Program-made: the position numbers and the translations under genes | Shown: piece after piece, positions 25,874 to 33,972 of the stretch | Layout of the letters: every line of letters starts with the position of its first letter | How positions within the stretch are numbered: the first letter of the stretch is position 1 | IMG/VR virus record: IMGVR_UViG_3300020042_004176 | Span: 1-34,112 of that record | Strand: one strand, 5' to 3' | DNA length: 34,112 nucleotides | Origin: a virus | Lineage: Duplodnaviria; Caudoviricetes | The notes under the pieces: model-generated | Seen by the model: the letters and a program-made list of their open reading frames with translations, nothing else | The model's database searches: none | What the model was told of the DNA's origin: nothing

Positions 25874-26135
25874 TTTTTTCTTTCAGTTTGGCTTCGATGG
25901 CTTCGGCAAATTCATCAAGCTCTTGCTCCTCGTAAGTCCCATCTTTTCTTACAAAGCGCACACCGATGAGGTTATCGTTCTCATCGTAGAATCCCGCCAT
26001 CATGGGCGCGTCTCCCCACGGCGCACGGGAATGCACAATGGTTGATTTCTTTTTGGGGGGCGTCCAGTAGCAGGCCGTCTTTGTGCCTTCAGGTACAGGC
26101 CCGCGCTGGTAGTCGTAGAGTTTGATGTCAGGCAT
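25863..26135 (-). CDS. Hypothetical protein (90 aa)
   Basis: ATG 26135 with GGAG upstream; C-terminal FAEAIEAKLKEKN resembles that of the upstream gene. Confidence 0.65.
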   Translation of the reverse strand: MPDIKLYDYQRGPVPEGTKTACYWTPPKKKSTIVHSRAPWGDAPMMAGFYDENDNLIGVRFVRKDGTYEEQELDEFAEAIEAKLKEKNEM

Positions 26136-26334
26136 GGTTCTTCTCCCGCAGTTCGGCTTCGACGGCCCGGGCAAGCATCAAATCGTTCTTCCCAACGCCT
26201 TGATAAATATCGTCGATCTCCTCATCCGTCAGCCCAACCCACTTACGTCGAACAACTTCAACGCCGTCATTGTCAAAACGGGAGTCATAGCAAGCGCACC
26301 CCCGTTCGTAACAGGCTTTGTCTATCAGTGTCAT
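26128..26334 (-). CDS. Hypothetical protein (68 aa) with WVGLTDEEI...ARAVEAELREKN module
   Basis: ATGA overlap at 26331-26334 with GAGG upstream. Confidence 0.7.
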   Translation of the reverse strand: MTLIDKACYERGCACYDSRFDNDGVEVVRRKWVGLTDEEIDDIYQGVGKNDLMLARAVEAELREKNHA

Positions 26335-26696
26335 GGCTTCCTCATCTTTAAAGTTTCTGCCCTGCAATCGTTCCAGCCTTGGATGTATTCAAGAGTCTCG
26401 CTAGTGTCAGTGTGGTGGATGAGGTCAGGTACTGTTGGCTGTTGTGGGACAATCCACGCCACAGGCTCCTGCTGTGCTGGCTGCTCTGCCAGTGCTTCTC
26501 GCACCCTGCGCTTTGCATCCGGTTTATTGGCCAGCCACTTGCTTAAACCTTTGCAGTCATCTTGCAAAAGACCGGGAGGCCAGCCTGTTTTACCGCCGTT
26601 GTTTTCGGTTGTTGTCATCTGCTCTGGCTCATAGTCCAGCCCCACCTGTCTGGCGTTCTCTGCCATCCGGTCAAGGGCTTCGTTTGCTTTACTCAT
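26331..26696 (-). CDS. Hypothetical mosaic protein (121 aa)
   Basis: RBS GAGGAG; contains EQPAQQEPVAW and YIQGWNDCRAE segments common in phage early genes. Confidence 0.7.
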   Translation of the reverse strand: MSKANEALDRMAENARQVGLDYEPEQMTTTENNGGKTGWPPGLLQDDCKGLSKWLANKPDAKRRVREALAEQPAQQEPVAWIVPQQPTVPDLIHHTDTSETLEYIQGWNDCRAETLKMRKP

Positions 26697-26803
26697 AAAC
26701 AGCTCCTCAATGTTAAAAGTCCAATCATCAGCGTGATAAACGCCACTATCACCCACACCAGTTGGCCATCGGCAGGTTCAGGTTTGTCTTCGTCTTCGGT
26801 CAT
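26693..26803 (-). CDS. 36-aa single-pass membrane peptide (absent from the ORF track)
   Basis: MTEDEDKPEPADGQLVWVIVAFITLMIGLLTLRSCL; ATGA overlaps at both ends. Confidence 0.65.
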   Translation of the reverse strand: MTEDEDKPEPADGQLVWVIVAFITLMIGLLTLRSCL

Positions 26804-26901
26804 TTGATGACCCTCAAGTAAGCGCCGCATCGGGCGCAGCGATACAGGGGTTGGCCCTCAACAGGCTCCCAGCGATGCTGGCAACCGGAGTACTTGTTCA
26901 T
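26800..26901 (-). CDS. 33-aa zinc-ribbon peptide (absent from the ORF track)
   Basis: MNKYSGCQHRWEPVEGQPLYRCARCGAYLRVIK (CxH...CxxC); RBS AGGAG; ATGA overlaps at both ends. Confidence 0.65.
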   Translation of the reverse strand: MNKYSGCQHRWEPVEGQPLYRCARCGAYLRVIK

Positions 26902-27083
26902 GGTGCTTCTCCTAATACTTGTGCAACCACTTTCTTGATCCTGCTGTGTGCGTCTGCTTTAGTAAACGGTGCAGTCAGGATGCTTTCAATGGTGCTTAAC
27001 GCTTCGTGGTAGGCAGCGCCTTTCAGCGCATGCTCTAGCTTTTGCTCATCTTCGGGGTAGTTGAACTCAAGTACCGCTTTCAT
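26898..27083 (-). CDS. Hypothetical protein (61 aa)
   Basis: MKAVLEFNYPED..., coupled to both neighbours by ATGA overlaps. Confidence 0.7.
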   Translation of the reverse strand: MKAVLEFNYPEDEQKLEHALKGAAYHEALSTIESILTAPFTKADAHSRIKKVVAQVLGEAP

Positions 27084-27253
27084 TTAACCCGCCGTACGTT
27101 CACCCATACAGGTTCTTCTTTCTTAGCCACGGGTGGTGGTGTCATCTTCTCGCTCGGGGGTGTCCACCCGTACTTGCGCCACAGTGCTTGTACGTCAGCA
27201 CCACTAGACCATTTGTACTCGGGGTGGCCTACGGGAATCCATGGGTTAGTCAT
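27080..27253 (-). CDS. Hypothetical protein (57 aa)
   Basis: ATG 27253 with AAGGAG RBS; contains DVQALWRKYGWTPPSE. Confidence 0.7.
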   Translation of the reverse strand: MTNPWIPVGHPEYKWSSGADVQALWRKYGWTPPSEKMTPPPVAKKEEPVWVNVRRVK

Positions 27254-28122
27254 TTGCTTGCTCCTTCTTCGTCTAACACAACAACAAACACTTCGCTGCT
27301 TACTCTGCAACCAGCATTCGTCACCATCTGCTTGTACTCGACCAGCTTCAACAGACCCAGTCGGCCCCGTATTTGTTCGGGGAGGTCATTATCATCAAAC
27401 AGTTGTACGTTGTCACCTGTTTTAACTATGTACTTACCCTGATCTAACACAACAAGTGCAGCGTTACCCGAACCGTATTTGTTTCGCACTTCCTCGATAG
27501 TTTCTGCATCCAATGTCTCCTTGTCGTACCGCTCTAACATTGTTAGGTTGGCTGACGCATGCACCTTCGAGAACTGCTCAAACGCTTTGCGAGCTTGGGC
27601 CATAACAAACACAAAGGACGCAGTCTCTAGCTTGTACTTGACTGACTGTACGTTGTGGGCTGACCTGCTCACAGCGGAGTCGATTGCCGCTCTTGCATCA
27701 CTTTGCGCGCTCACAAGCCTCTCGTTGGAGTTGCGTTTGATGAAGTGCTTTTTGACAGCACCGATCGCACGCTTGACATCGCTCGTACGCATGCGGCTGT
27801 TGCGGTTATTGCTCATCCGGTGGTTGTATATACCAACGCCGTGGTTGCCGCGAAAATAGTCGCCCTCTATGACGCCAAGGTCCTCGCCCCCGCAACTGAT
27901 TTTGATCTTTGATGGTGTGGCTGCGGTGCTATCGCTATAGCTAAGGCCCTCGAACTGAAACCGCCATGTCGGGTTAGCTTTGTAGATTGCGTCGAACACC
28001 TCGCCCATCATGGTCGATCGAAACTTGATACTGCCGTCCCAGTTGGCGTATCGGTTGTTGATTGCATCCAATGTGCTGGACTCGAACGATGCGTTCGGCA
28101 GGTTGCGTGTGTTGAATCTCAT
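27250..28122 (-). CDS. Hypothetical protein (290 aa)
   Basis: RBS AAGGAGA before ATG 28122; long ORF in the early operon. Confidence 0.8.
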   Translation of the reverse strand: MRFNTRNLPNASFESSTLDAINNRYANWDGSIKFRSTMMGEVFDAIYKANPTWRFQFEGLSYSDSTAATPSKIKISCGGEDLGVIEGDYFRGNHGVGIYNHRMSNNRNSRMRTSDVKRAIGAVKKHFIKRNSNERLVSAQSDARAAIDSAVSRSAHNVQSVKYKLETASFVFVMAQARKAFEQFSKVHASANLTMLERYDKETLDAETIEEVRNKYGSGNAALVVLDQGKYIVKTGDNVQLFDDNDLPEQIRGRLGLLKLVEYKQMVTNAGCRVSSEVFVVVLDEEGASK

Positions 28123-28132
28123 TGTGTTCTCC

Positions 28133-28987
28133 TTACCATTCAAACTTCTTGAGGATGCTGTCCACCTTGGACTTCAGCTCGCTTCGTGCATCGCTGCTTT
28201 CCTTGATGACTTCTATGTTTGCCCCTAACATTGTTAGCTCCAACTGTCTACGAGCTTCTTCGAGCAAGGGGTTGTTGGTCACGTTCAGCTTTGTCAGCAG
28301 CCCGCATAACTCCAAAGGGTTACTGATAAGTGTGTCGTGGTAACGCTTCTTGGCGTCATCGCCTTCAACGTCTGTCAGCTTCTCCGACATGGTTGTCAGC
28401 ATGGTGTGTAGGCGGTTCCATGGCTCGCGCACTGCATCGGCCAGTCGCTCTTTGAACTTGTCCTCGAACTCGTCGCGCATCTCTGCTAAGTCATCCGCAG
28501 GTATGTCCAAGCGGAAGTCACCCGACTCGGGCATGGGGTTCACTGCTCGGCGAAACCCGAACTTGGCTTTGACTGTCTCCAAGTCTGGGTAGTCCTCGGC
28601 CTTGTACATCGTGCCAAGATTGTTGTGCGCCTCGCCCACCAGCCGTGGGTACTCGGCATAGAAGTTGTGACACATCGTGTCGAACGCACGTTCGTAGTCG
28701 TTCATCGTCTGCTTGTACTCCATGAACAGCTTGGTCGGCAGCATGCGCTCGCCCTTGTCAGCCCACGGTAGGGTGTGCTGGTTGTGGTAGAGCCGAACGC
28801 GAGCGGCGAACTTCTCGATGTCTTTGCGCAAGCTCGTACCTGCAAACAAATTCTTCTTGGTCTGCGATGCCCCGGCCACTGCCGATGCGTCTGCATTTAC
28901 CTTGTCCGTAACCTCTCGGTCGATCTTCGACGCAGGCCACACACTGATGTTCAACTCAACTAACACTGCTGATGCACTGATACTCAT
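28133..28987 (-). CDS. Helical hypothetical protein, possibly DUF3150-like (284 aa)
   Basis: RBS AGGAG before ATG 28987 (MSISASAVLVELNISVW); downstream of the AAA/VWA pair. The family call is from memory. Confidence 0.65.
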   Translation of the reverse strand: MSISASAVLVELNISVWPASKIDREVTDKVNADASAVAGASQTKKNLFAGTSLRKDIEKFAARVRLYHNQHTLPWADKGERMLPTKLFMEYKQTMNDYERAFDTMCHNFYAEYPRLVGEAHNNLGTMYKAEDYPDLETVKAKFGFRRAVNPMPESGDFRLDIPADDLAEMRDEFEDKFKERLADAVREPWNRLHTMLTTMSEKLTDVEGDDAKKRYHDTLISNPLELCGLLTKLNVTNNPLLEEARRQLELTMLGANIEVIKESSDARSELKSKVDSILKKFEW

Positions 28988-29037
28988 TTGGTTTCTCCTA
29001 ACATTGTTACATCGGCCACAAAGAGTGACCGTTCCCA

Positions 29038-29268
29038 TTACTTCTTGTCTGGCTTGCCAGCCATACGTGCCATCTCCGCAATCGAGTCGGGCACGATCTT
29101 CATCGAGAAGTTTTGCTCGCTCGGGTATGCAAAGTAAGCGGTGGTGCTTGACTCGCTCATGTACTTCTCCTCCCATGTTTGTGCCTTGGACAGAATTTCT
29201 GCCACGGTTACTGCATCCTTAACAGACAAAAGGAATTCCGAATTCCAACCTAATTTCAAAACCATCAT
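29038..29268 (-). CDS. Hypothetical protein (76 aa)
   Basis: RBS GAGGAG before ATG 29268, immediately after the VWA gene stop. Confidence 0.7.
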   Translation of the reverse strand: MMVLKLGWNSEFLLSVKDAVTVAEILSKAQTWEEKYMSESSTTAYFAYPSEQNFSMKIVPDSIAEMARMAGKPDKK

Positions 29269-29278
29269 GTTGCTCTCC

Positions 29279-30478
29279 TCAGTTTTTGATGTGAATTGTT
29301 TTGCCGCTTGGAGCGACACTTGTGTTGCCACCTGTGATGGCCCACATAACCGGAGCAGTCCAGTCACTACCCCAGTCACTGCCGACATAGCCATCTGTGA
29401 GCATGATGATGCACTCAGGAACAATCTTCTTCTCCTTCAGGTACTCGGACATGCAGCTTGGGCTTGTGCCCCCGCCACCCTTGGGTTTGGTTGAGCTAAC
29501 AATGTTAGCCACGTCAGCCTCGGCGTACTCTTCGTGCGCCGCTACTTCGCTGTCCCAGTAGATCAAGTCAACCTTCTCTGGGTTTACTTCTTCCGCGATA
29601 CCCTTTACCTCGGACAGAAACTCTGCGAGCTCAGGCCCACCGATCGAACCCGATGTGTCGATACCCACAACGATGTGGCCCACCTTCTCACCTACCATAG
29701 AGGGCATGTAAATACCCGTAGACAGGAACCGCCGGTTGACTCTGCGCCAGCTTGATGTGTCCTTGGCTCGGCACACTGCTTTCACATACTCACGCAGCTC
29801 CTCGCGCCAGTTGACCTTGGGCTCCATCAAGTCTTGCAACTCGCGGTCGAGTCCACCCGCACCCTTGCCGTTGATCTTCTGGTGTGCCATCAACCCCTGC
29901 CGTATCGCTTGGTCGATGTCACGGGCCAGCTCCTTCTTCTGCTCGTCGGTTAGTTCCTTGGCTCCGTCCCAGTCGTGCTCGTCCATGCCACCACCACCGC
30001 CGCCGCCTTCGTCATCTTCTTGCTCTTGCTTGAGGATGTCGAACACCTGCTTGGTGTTCATGCCACGGAACCGCTCGTCGATCAGGCCCATCTTCTTGCC
30101 CATGTGCGGCCCGTCCCTGTACATAGGCATGGCGATGACGCTCTCGGTCGGATCGAGGTCCTTGAGCATCAGGTTAATAACGTAGTCACAAGCCTGATTG
30201 GTTAACTGCGGATTTTCCGCATGTAACTTCGTCCACGTAGTCATGTGGCGGTACATCTTGTGCCCTGCCTCGTGTGCGATGACAAAGGCAAGCTCGGGGT
30301 CGCGCAGCTTCTTGACGAACTCACGGCCATAAATCTCGTCACGACCGTTGGTACACGCAGTCGGAATGTTGTCGGCTACCCGTGTTTTGCCCACCATCAA
30401 GATACCTTGCAGCAATGCGAACTTGGGGTGTCGCATCAATGTGATCTTGGCCTTCTGAACCTTGCGTTCTTCTAACAT
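29279..30478 (-). CDS. DUF2201-like protein: HExxH metallopeptidase-like domain + VWA domain
   Basis: TACTNG, IAHEAGH, NQACDYVIN; MIDAS DTSGS, GGGT and LTDGY. Confidence 0.88.
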   Translation of the reverse strand: MLEERKVQKAKITLMRHPKFALLQGILMVGKTRVADNIPTACTNGRDEIYGREFVKKLRDPELAFVIAHEAGHKMYRHMTTWTKLHAENPQLTNQACDYVINLMLKDLDPTESVIAMPMYRDGPHMGKKMGLIDERFRGMNTKQVFDILKQEQEDDEGGGGGGGMDEHDWDGAKELTDEQKKELARDIDQAIRQGLMAHQKINGKGAGGLDRELQDLMEPKVNWREELREYVKAVCRAKDTSSWRRVNRRFLSTGIYMPSMVGEKVGHIVVGIDTSGSIGGPELAEFLSEVKGIAEEVNPEKVDLIYWDSEVAAHEEYAEADVANIVSSTKPKGGGGTSPSCMSEYLKEKKIVPECIIMLTDGYVGSDWGSDWTAPVMWAITGGNTSVAPSGKTIHIKN

Positions 30479-30490
30479 TGTTAGCTCCTT

Positions 30491-31555
30491 TCACAGTAAA
30501 TCTTGATTCTTGGCAACCCAGTCCGAGAACGCCTTGCAACTGAACGCAATGGCTTGCTTGGATGGTGTACGTGCGATGTTGATTGCAAAGCATGCTTGCC
30601 ACTCTGGTTCAAACCTCTCCAGATAGGACATGAACGGAGCGATCGTTGTCTTGTCCACACGGGCGATAGCACCGAACACCACGATGGCACATGCGCCGGG
30701 GCTTGTGGGTACAGTCGTAGTCTTTGGATGCTGGATGGTGGACTCCCACGTAGGCAGTTGATCCGAGAACTCGATGTACGCTTGCATGTCACGGGCTGCA
30801 CTCTCACCGATCGCACCTGTCAGCGCGGCAATCACCGCATCGCTGTCGTTCTCTTTGCGTGTCCTAACAATGTTAGATGCAGTCTCAAGTGAACGTGGCG
30901 ATACGAACGCTGTCTGTGTCTTCCTCGGGTTGTAGATGTAGGGGTTGTCACCCTGCCCACCGTCCGTGTAGCTTGCCAGCGCATGAGGGAAACGATTCAC
31001 CCACGCAATCACCTCAGCCTCGATGCCTTTGTTGATGGCCCAGTCGATCCACTGATCTGCATCAGGCTTGCTGATGGTTACGGGTACTAAGCGATTGCGA
31101 GAGTGGGCCTTCAGGCTGTCACCCACACCGTCCGTGCTCAGGTTGCCCGTCAGGAACACGATGGTGTCCTTGGTCAGCGGGATGTCGCCGAGCCGTGGGT
31201 TGGCCTTCTCAAGCATGGGGTGCAGCATGTTCTTCACTGGGTCAGCACCCTTGGTGAACTCGTCGAGCATGATGACCAACGGCTTGTTCTCGTGGATGCG
31301 GAACCGTGCGTTGGGGTAGTAGCGTGTCGTCTTGGTGTCGTGGTCGATCACAGGCATGGCGATATCACCCAAGTCCATGTTCGGTACGTCTATGTATGCG
31401 TACTCGTAACCCAGACCGCCAGCGATGGATTCGAGCAACGAAGACTTGCCAATCCCCGGCTCGCCTTGCAGCAAGAACCGGGTCGTTGGGTTGGTGCGGA
31501 TCAAGTTGGCCGCTTGCTTGAGCGTGATGCTCTTGCCGAAAGATACTTCTGACAT
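30491..31555 (-). CDS. MoxR-like AAA+ ATPase
   Basis: Walker A GEPGIGKS, Walker B IMLDEF, sensor TGN, RNR arginine finger, SPRS sensor II; adjacent to the VWA gene. Confidence 0.88.
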   Translation of the reverse strand: MSEVSFGKSITLKQAANLIRTNPTTRFLLQGEPGIGKSSLLESIAGGLGYEYAYIDVPNMDLGDIAMPVIDHDTKTTRYYPNARFRIHENKPLVIMLDEFTKGADPVKNMLHPMLEKANPRLGDIPLTKDTIVFLTGNLSTDGVGDSLKAHSRNRLVPVTISKPDADQWIDWAINKGIEAEVIAWVNRFPHALASYTDGGQGDNPYIYNPRKTQTAFVSPRSLETASNIVRTRKENDSDAVIAALTGAIGESAARDMQAYIEFSDQLPTWESTIQHPKTTTVPTSPGACAIVVFGAIARVDKTTIAPFMSYLERFEPEWQACFAINIARTPSKQAIAFSCKAFSDWVAKNQDLL

Positions 31556-31643
31556 TTCTAATCCTCTGATGTATGCCTAACATTGTTAGGCGGGTTTCTG
31601 ATTTACTCTCTGAATTTGACATGGTTTTCCCACATCAGCTTAT

Positions 31644-31672
31644 ATTGTAACACAGATTGATACCTAAGTCAA
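31644..31672 (-). promoter_or_regulatory. Sigma70-type promoter TTGACT-N17-TACAAT
   Basis: -35 at 31672-31667 and -10 at 31649-31644 on the - strand, in the intergenic gap upstream of the AAA gene. Confidence 0.8.
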
Positions 31673-31677
31673 GTGAT

Positions 31678-31899
31678 TTAGCCATGGGGTCTGACTAAAG
31701 ATGAAGATACGTATCTGTCTGTTAGCAGGGCCATCGCTTGCATGGCCCCGTGGTCGTCGCTCTCAGCAGCAATCCACCACATCTGGTTAACACCGCGCCG
31801 CTTGCTGATGCCCATGCGGTCGTACCATTGACGCTCAACGACGATGAAGTTGCCGAACTTGCCGCGCAGCAACATCCATTTCTTCTTGCGCCGTGGCAT
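31678..31899 (-). CDS. Hypothetical protein (73 aa)
   Basis: TGATG coupling at 31899; begins MPRRKKKWMLLRG. Confidence 0.6.
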   Translation of the reverse strand: MPRRKKKWMLLRGKFGNFIVVERQWYDRMGISKRRGVNQMWWIAAESDDHGAMQAMALLTDRYVSSSLVRPHG

Positions 31900-32015
31900 C
31901 ACCGCCCCTTTGTCAGCGCCAACACCCACACTTCAACCGCATGGGCGTCCTCGTGCCTGCCTACCAATCGCAGAGCATTGGCTAACTGCATCCCCGCGTG
32001 GTACACGTTGTTCAT
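31899..32015 (-). CDS. 38-aa hypothetical peptide (absent from the ORF track)
   Basis: MNNVYHAGMQLANALRLVGRHEDAHAVEVWVLALTKGR; overlaps the stop/start codons of both neighbours. Confidence 0.55.
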   Translation of the reverse strand: MNNVYHAGMQLANALRLVGRHEDAHAVEVWVLALTKGR

Positions 32016-32260
32016 TTCATCACCATCACTTTCCTCGTGACTACCTCGGCTACCACAGTGGGTAACACTGTTAGGGGCTCGGACTCGCCGAACTCATCGC
32101 GCAGGCGTGTCCACACCGTTGCGTTCCACTTCGCCGTGCGTTGGTTGGGGACGTGCATCCAGCGGCCACTGGCCCTGTCCACAACGTCGAACCCATCACC
32201 CACGGGCACGATGATGCAACCCTTGTAGCCCGTAGGCGCTCCAATGTTTACTTGTTTCAT
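32012..32260 (-). CDS. Hypothetical protein (82 aa)
   Basis: RBS AAGGAG upstream. Confidence 0.65.
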   Translation of the reverse strand: MKQVNIGAPTGYKGCIIVPVGDGFDVVDRASGRWMHVPNQRTAKWNATVWTRLRDEFGESEPLTVLPTVVAEVVTRKVMVMK

Positions 32261-32272
32261 TTCATTTCTCCT

Positions 32273-32443
32273 TTAACTAAATATTTCTTCGACCGATTCG
32301 ACATCCCATTGGGAGTCGTTGATGTTTACGTTGTCGGCTTCGACCCGTGCCCATGCTTTGGTTTCAGCATCGTCTTCGTTCTCCGCCTCCACTGTGATGG
32401 TGATGTAGCTGGTACGGCGTAACTCCACTTCAAATGTCTTCAT
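32273..32443 (-). CDS. 56-aa acidic protein, DpnD/PcfM-like pattern (absent from the ORF track)
   Basis: MKTFEVELRRTSYITITVEAENEDDAETKAWARVEADNVNINDSQWDVESVEEIFS; RBS AAGGAG; ATGA overlap. Confidence 0.7.
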   Translation of the reverse strand: MKTFEVELRRTSYITITVEAENEDDAETKAWARVEADNVNINDSQWDVESVEEIFS

Positions 32444-33594
32444 GCTTTCTCTCCTTCGTTTCTAAAGTCATCGAACAACATCCCTGCATAGTGTGTCGTA
32501 GGCACACGGCCCACGGGCATCTGCTTGAGCTCCATAATCTCCTCGGCATGCACAAGTGTCAGGAACGCTGTCACTGCATCGGCTGCTGCGGAGTAGCTCA
32601 ACTCAATCGGTCTGTACGGCCCCTTCACATCAAAGGTGAACGACCGCACACCTGACGCCGCGCACATGAGGCCCATTGACGCCTTGAGGAAGTTGGCATG
32701 CTTGGTCTCCTCGGGCTGGTCACTGCGCATGAGGTCTAACACCTTGTCTCGTATGCCGTACCAGTCAGCTTTGCGTTTCTGCGCTCGCTCGTTTGCTTCT
32801 CTCTTGCCCTCCTCCGTGTCATAGCTGACGTAGTACCCCAACCATGTCGGCTTGTTCCTCACATCGGCGAACAGCTTCACGTCTATGTACGTAACCTCAA
32901 CATCGGTGAACATCGATACGGGTCCGTTACCAGAGAACCGATTCTCCATCCGAGTACTCGTCCCAAGCGTGTCGGCAAGCATGTCTTTGGGTAGTGCCAG
33001 TATCCGCGCCGCCTCGAACGGGTCATCCTCGTTGGACTTCTCGCGCTCTTGTGTGAGCAGTGAGACCATGCCTTTGTGGTAGCCGATCATCTCTTTGTAC
33101 TTGGCCCTAACACTGTTAGCCTTGGTACGGTTGGGTGCCCATACGCGCACACCCTCAGCGTTCCTGACCTCCCATCTACCGGGGCGGTTCTCCGCAGGAA
33201 TACGCACAAGCTCGATGCTCGTGCCTTCCTTCAGTGGGTGCTTGATAAAGTTGTCTCCACTGTTCAAGCGCAACACCATCATGCCCCTCGTTCTGTTTAC
33301 GGTCGTATCGGGAAGTAACCCTTCGATGAACGAACATGTGAACGATGACGGCCACTTGCCCGGCGTGACCACCACACCGCCGTCTTGCTTGAACGTCACC
33401 ACAGCAGTGTCATAGAGCACACACTCAAGGTTGCCCTCGTTGTTCTCACGTATGAACATGTGCGCGTCCCTACGCGCACCCAGTGGCCTGCGGCCCATAC
33501 GCGCACCGTTTCGCAGTGGCTTGATACTGTCGTGGTACTTCTTGGCACCTTCGTAGCCGTACAGGTACGGCAGTCTTCCTGTTGATGCAAACAT
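32440..33594 (-). CDS. Hypothetical early protein (384 aa)
   Basis: RBS AAGGAGA; long ORF with no motif I recognise. Confidence 0.8.
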   Translation of the reverse strand: MFASTGRLPYLYGYEGAKKYHDSIKPLRNGARMGRRPLGARRDAHMFIRENNEGNLECVLYDTAVVTFKQDGGVVVTPGKWPSSFTCSFIEGLLPDTTVNRTRGMMVLRLNSGDNFIKHPLKEGTSIELVRIPAENRPGRWEVRNAEGVRVWAPNRTKANSVRAKYKEMIGYHKGMVSLLTQEREKSNEDDPFEAARILALPKDMLADTLGTSTRMENRFSGNGPVSMFTDVEVTYIDVKLFADVRNKPTWLGYYVSYDTEEGKREANERAQKRKADWYGIRDKVLDLMRSDQPEETKHANFLKASMGLMCAASGVRSFTFDVKGPYRPIELSYSAAADAVTAFLTLVHAEEIMELKQMPVGRVPTTHYAGMLFDDFRNEGEKA

Positions 33595-33595
33595 G

Positions 33596-33763
33596 TCAAT
33601 TCTCCTTGTTGAGTCGGTAAACTTTTATCTGCTTGAGTGTCGGATGGCTGGTCTGGTATCGCTTCTTGGCCGCTTCCATCGTTGCACATTCGAGCGTCTC
33701 GGCAACCCACATGCCGAACCTTGCGCTCCAGCCTGTGACGTAATATCTATTGAGTCCACTCAT
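33596..33763 (-). CDS. 55-aa hypothetical protein (absent from the ORF track)
   Basis: MSGLNRYYVTGWSARFGMWVAETLECATMEAAKKRYQTSHPTLKQIKVYRLNKEN; ATGA overlap; fills the gap exactly. Confidence 0.6.
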   Translation of the reverse strand: MSGLNRYYVTGWSARFGMWVAETLECATMEAAKKRYQTSHPTLKQIKVYRLNKEN

Positions 33764-33972
33764 ACGTAGTCCTTGGTTGCTGCGTTGTCCTTGTCGTTGG
33801 CCAGTCGCTCTAACATTGTTATGTAGTCCTTCTCGCCGCTCACCACCAGCTCAAGGTTTCGCGGTTGCTTTGTCTCCCACTGGTAGTCGGCCCAGTGGTC
33901 TGCCTTGATTACATATACGTGGTCGGTCTCTCGTGAGCGCACCAGAATCCACTCGTCAGTTTTAGCTAACAT
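33760..33972 (-). CDS. Hypothetical protein (70 aa)
   Basis: RBS AGGAGG; ATG 33972 lies inside a palindrome copy (MLAKTDEWILV...). Confidence 0.7.
   Translation of the reverse strand: MLAKTDEWILVRSRETDHVYVIKADHWADYQWETKQPRNLELVVSGEKDYITMLERLANDKDNAATKDYV

Noticed and set aside
28960-28972. CTAACACTGCTGA and other half-sites (e.g. near 5724, 18585, 27273, 27444)
   Set aside because: Three or more mismatches to the consensus; compatible with chance.
28988-29424. ORF-track extended starts at 29176 and 29424 (likewise 5937, 26756, 34086)
   Set aside because: They overlap upstream genes extensively; downstream ATGs with strong RBSs give a clean coupled gene chain.
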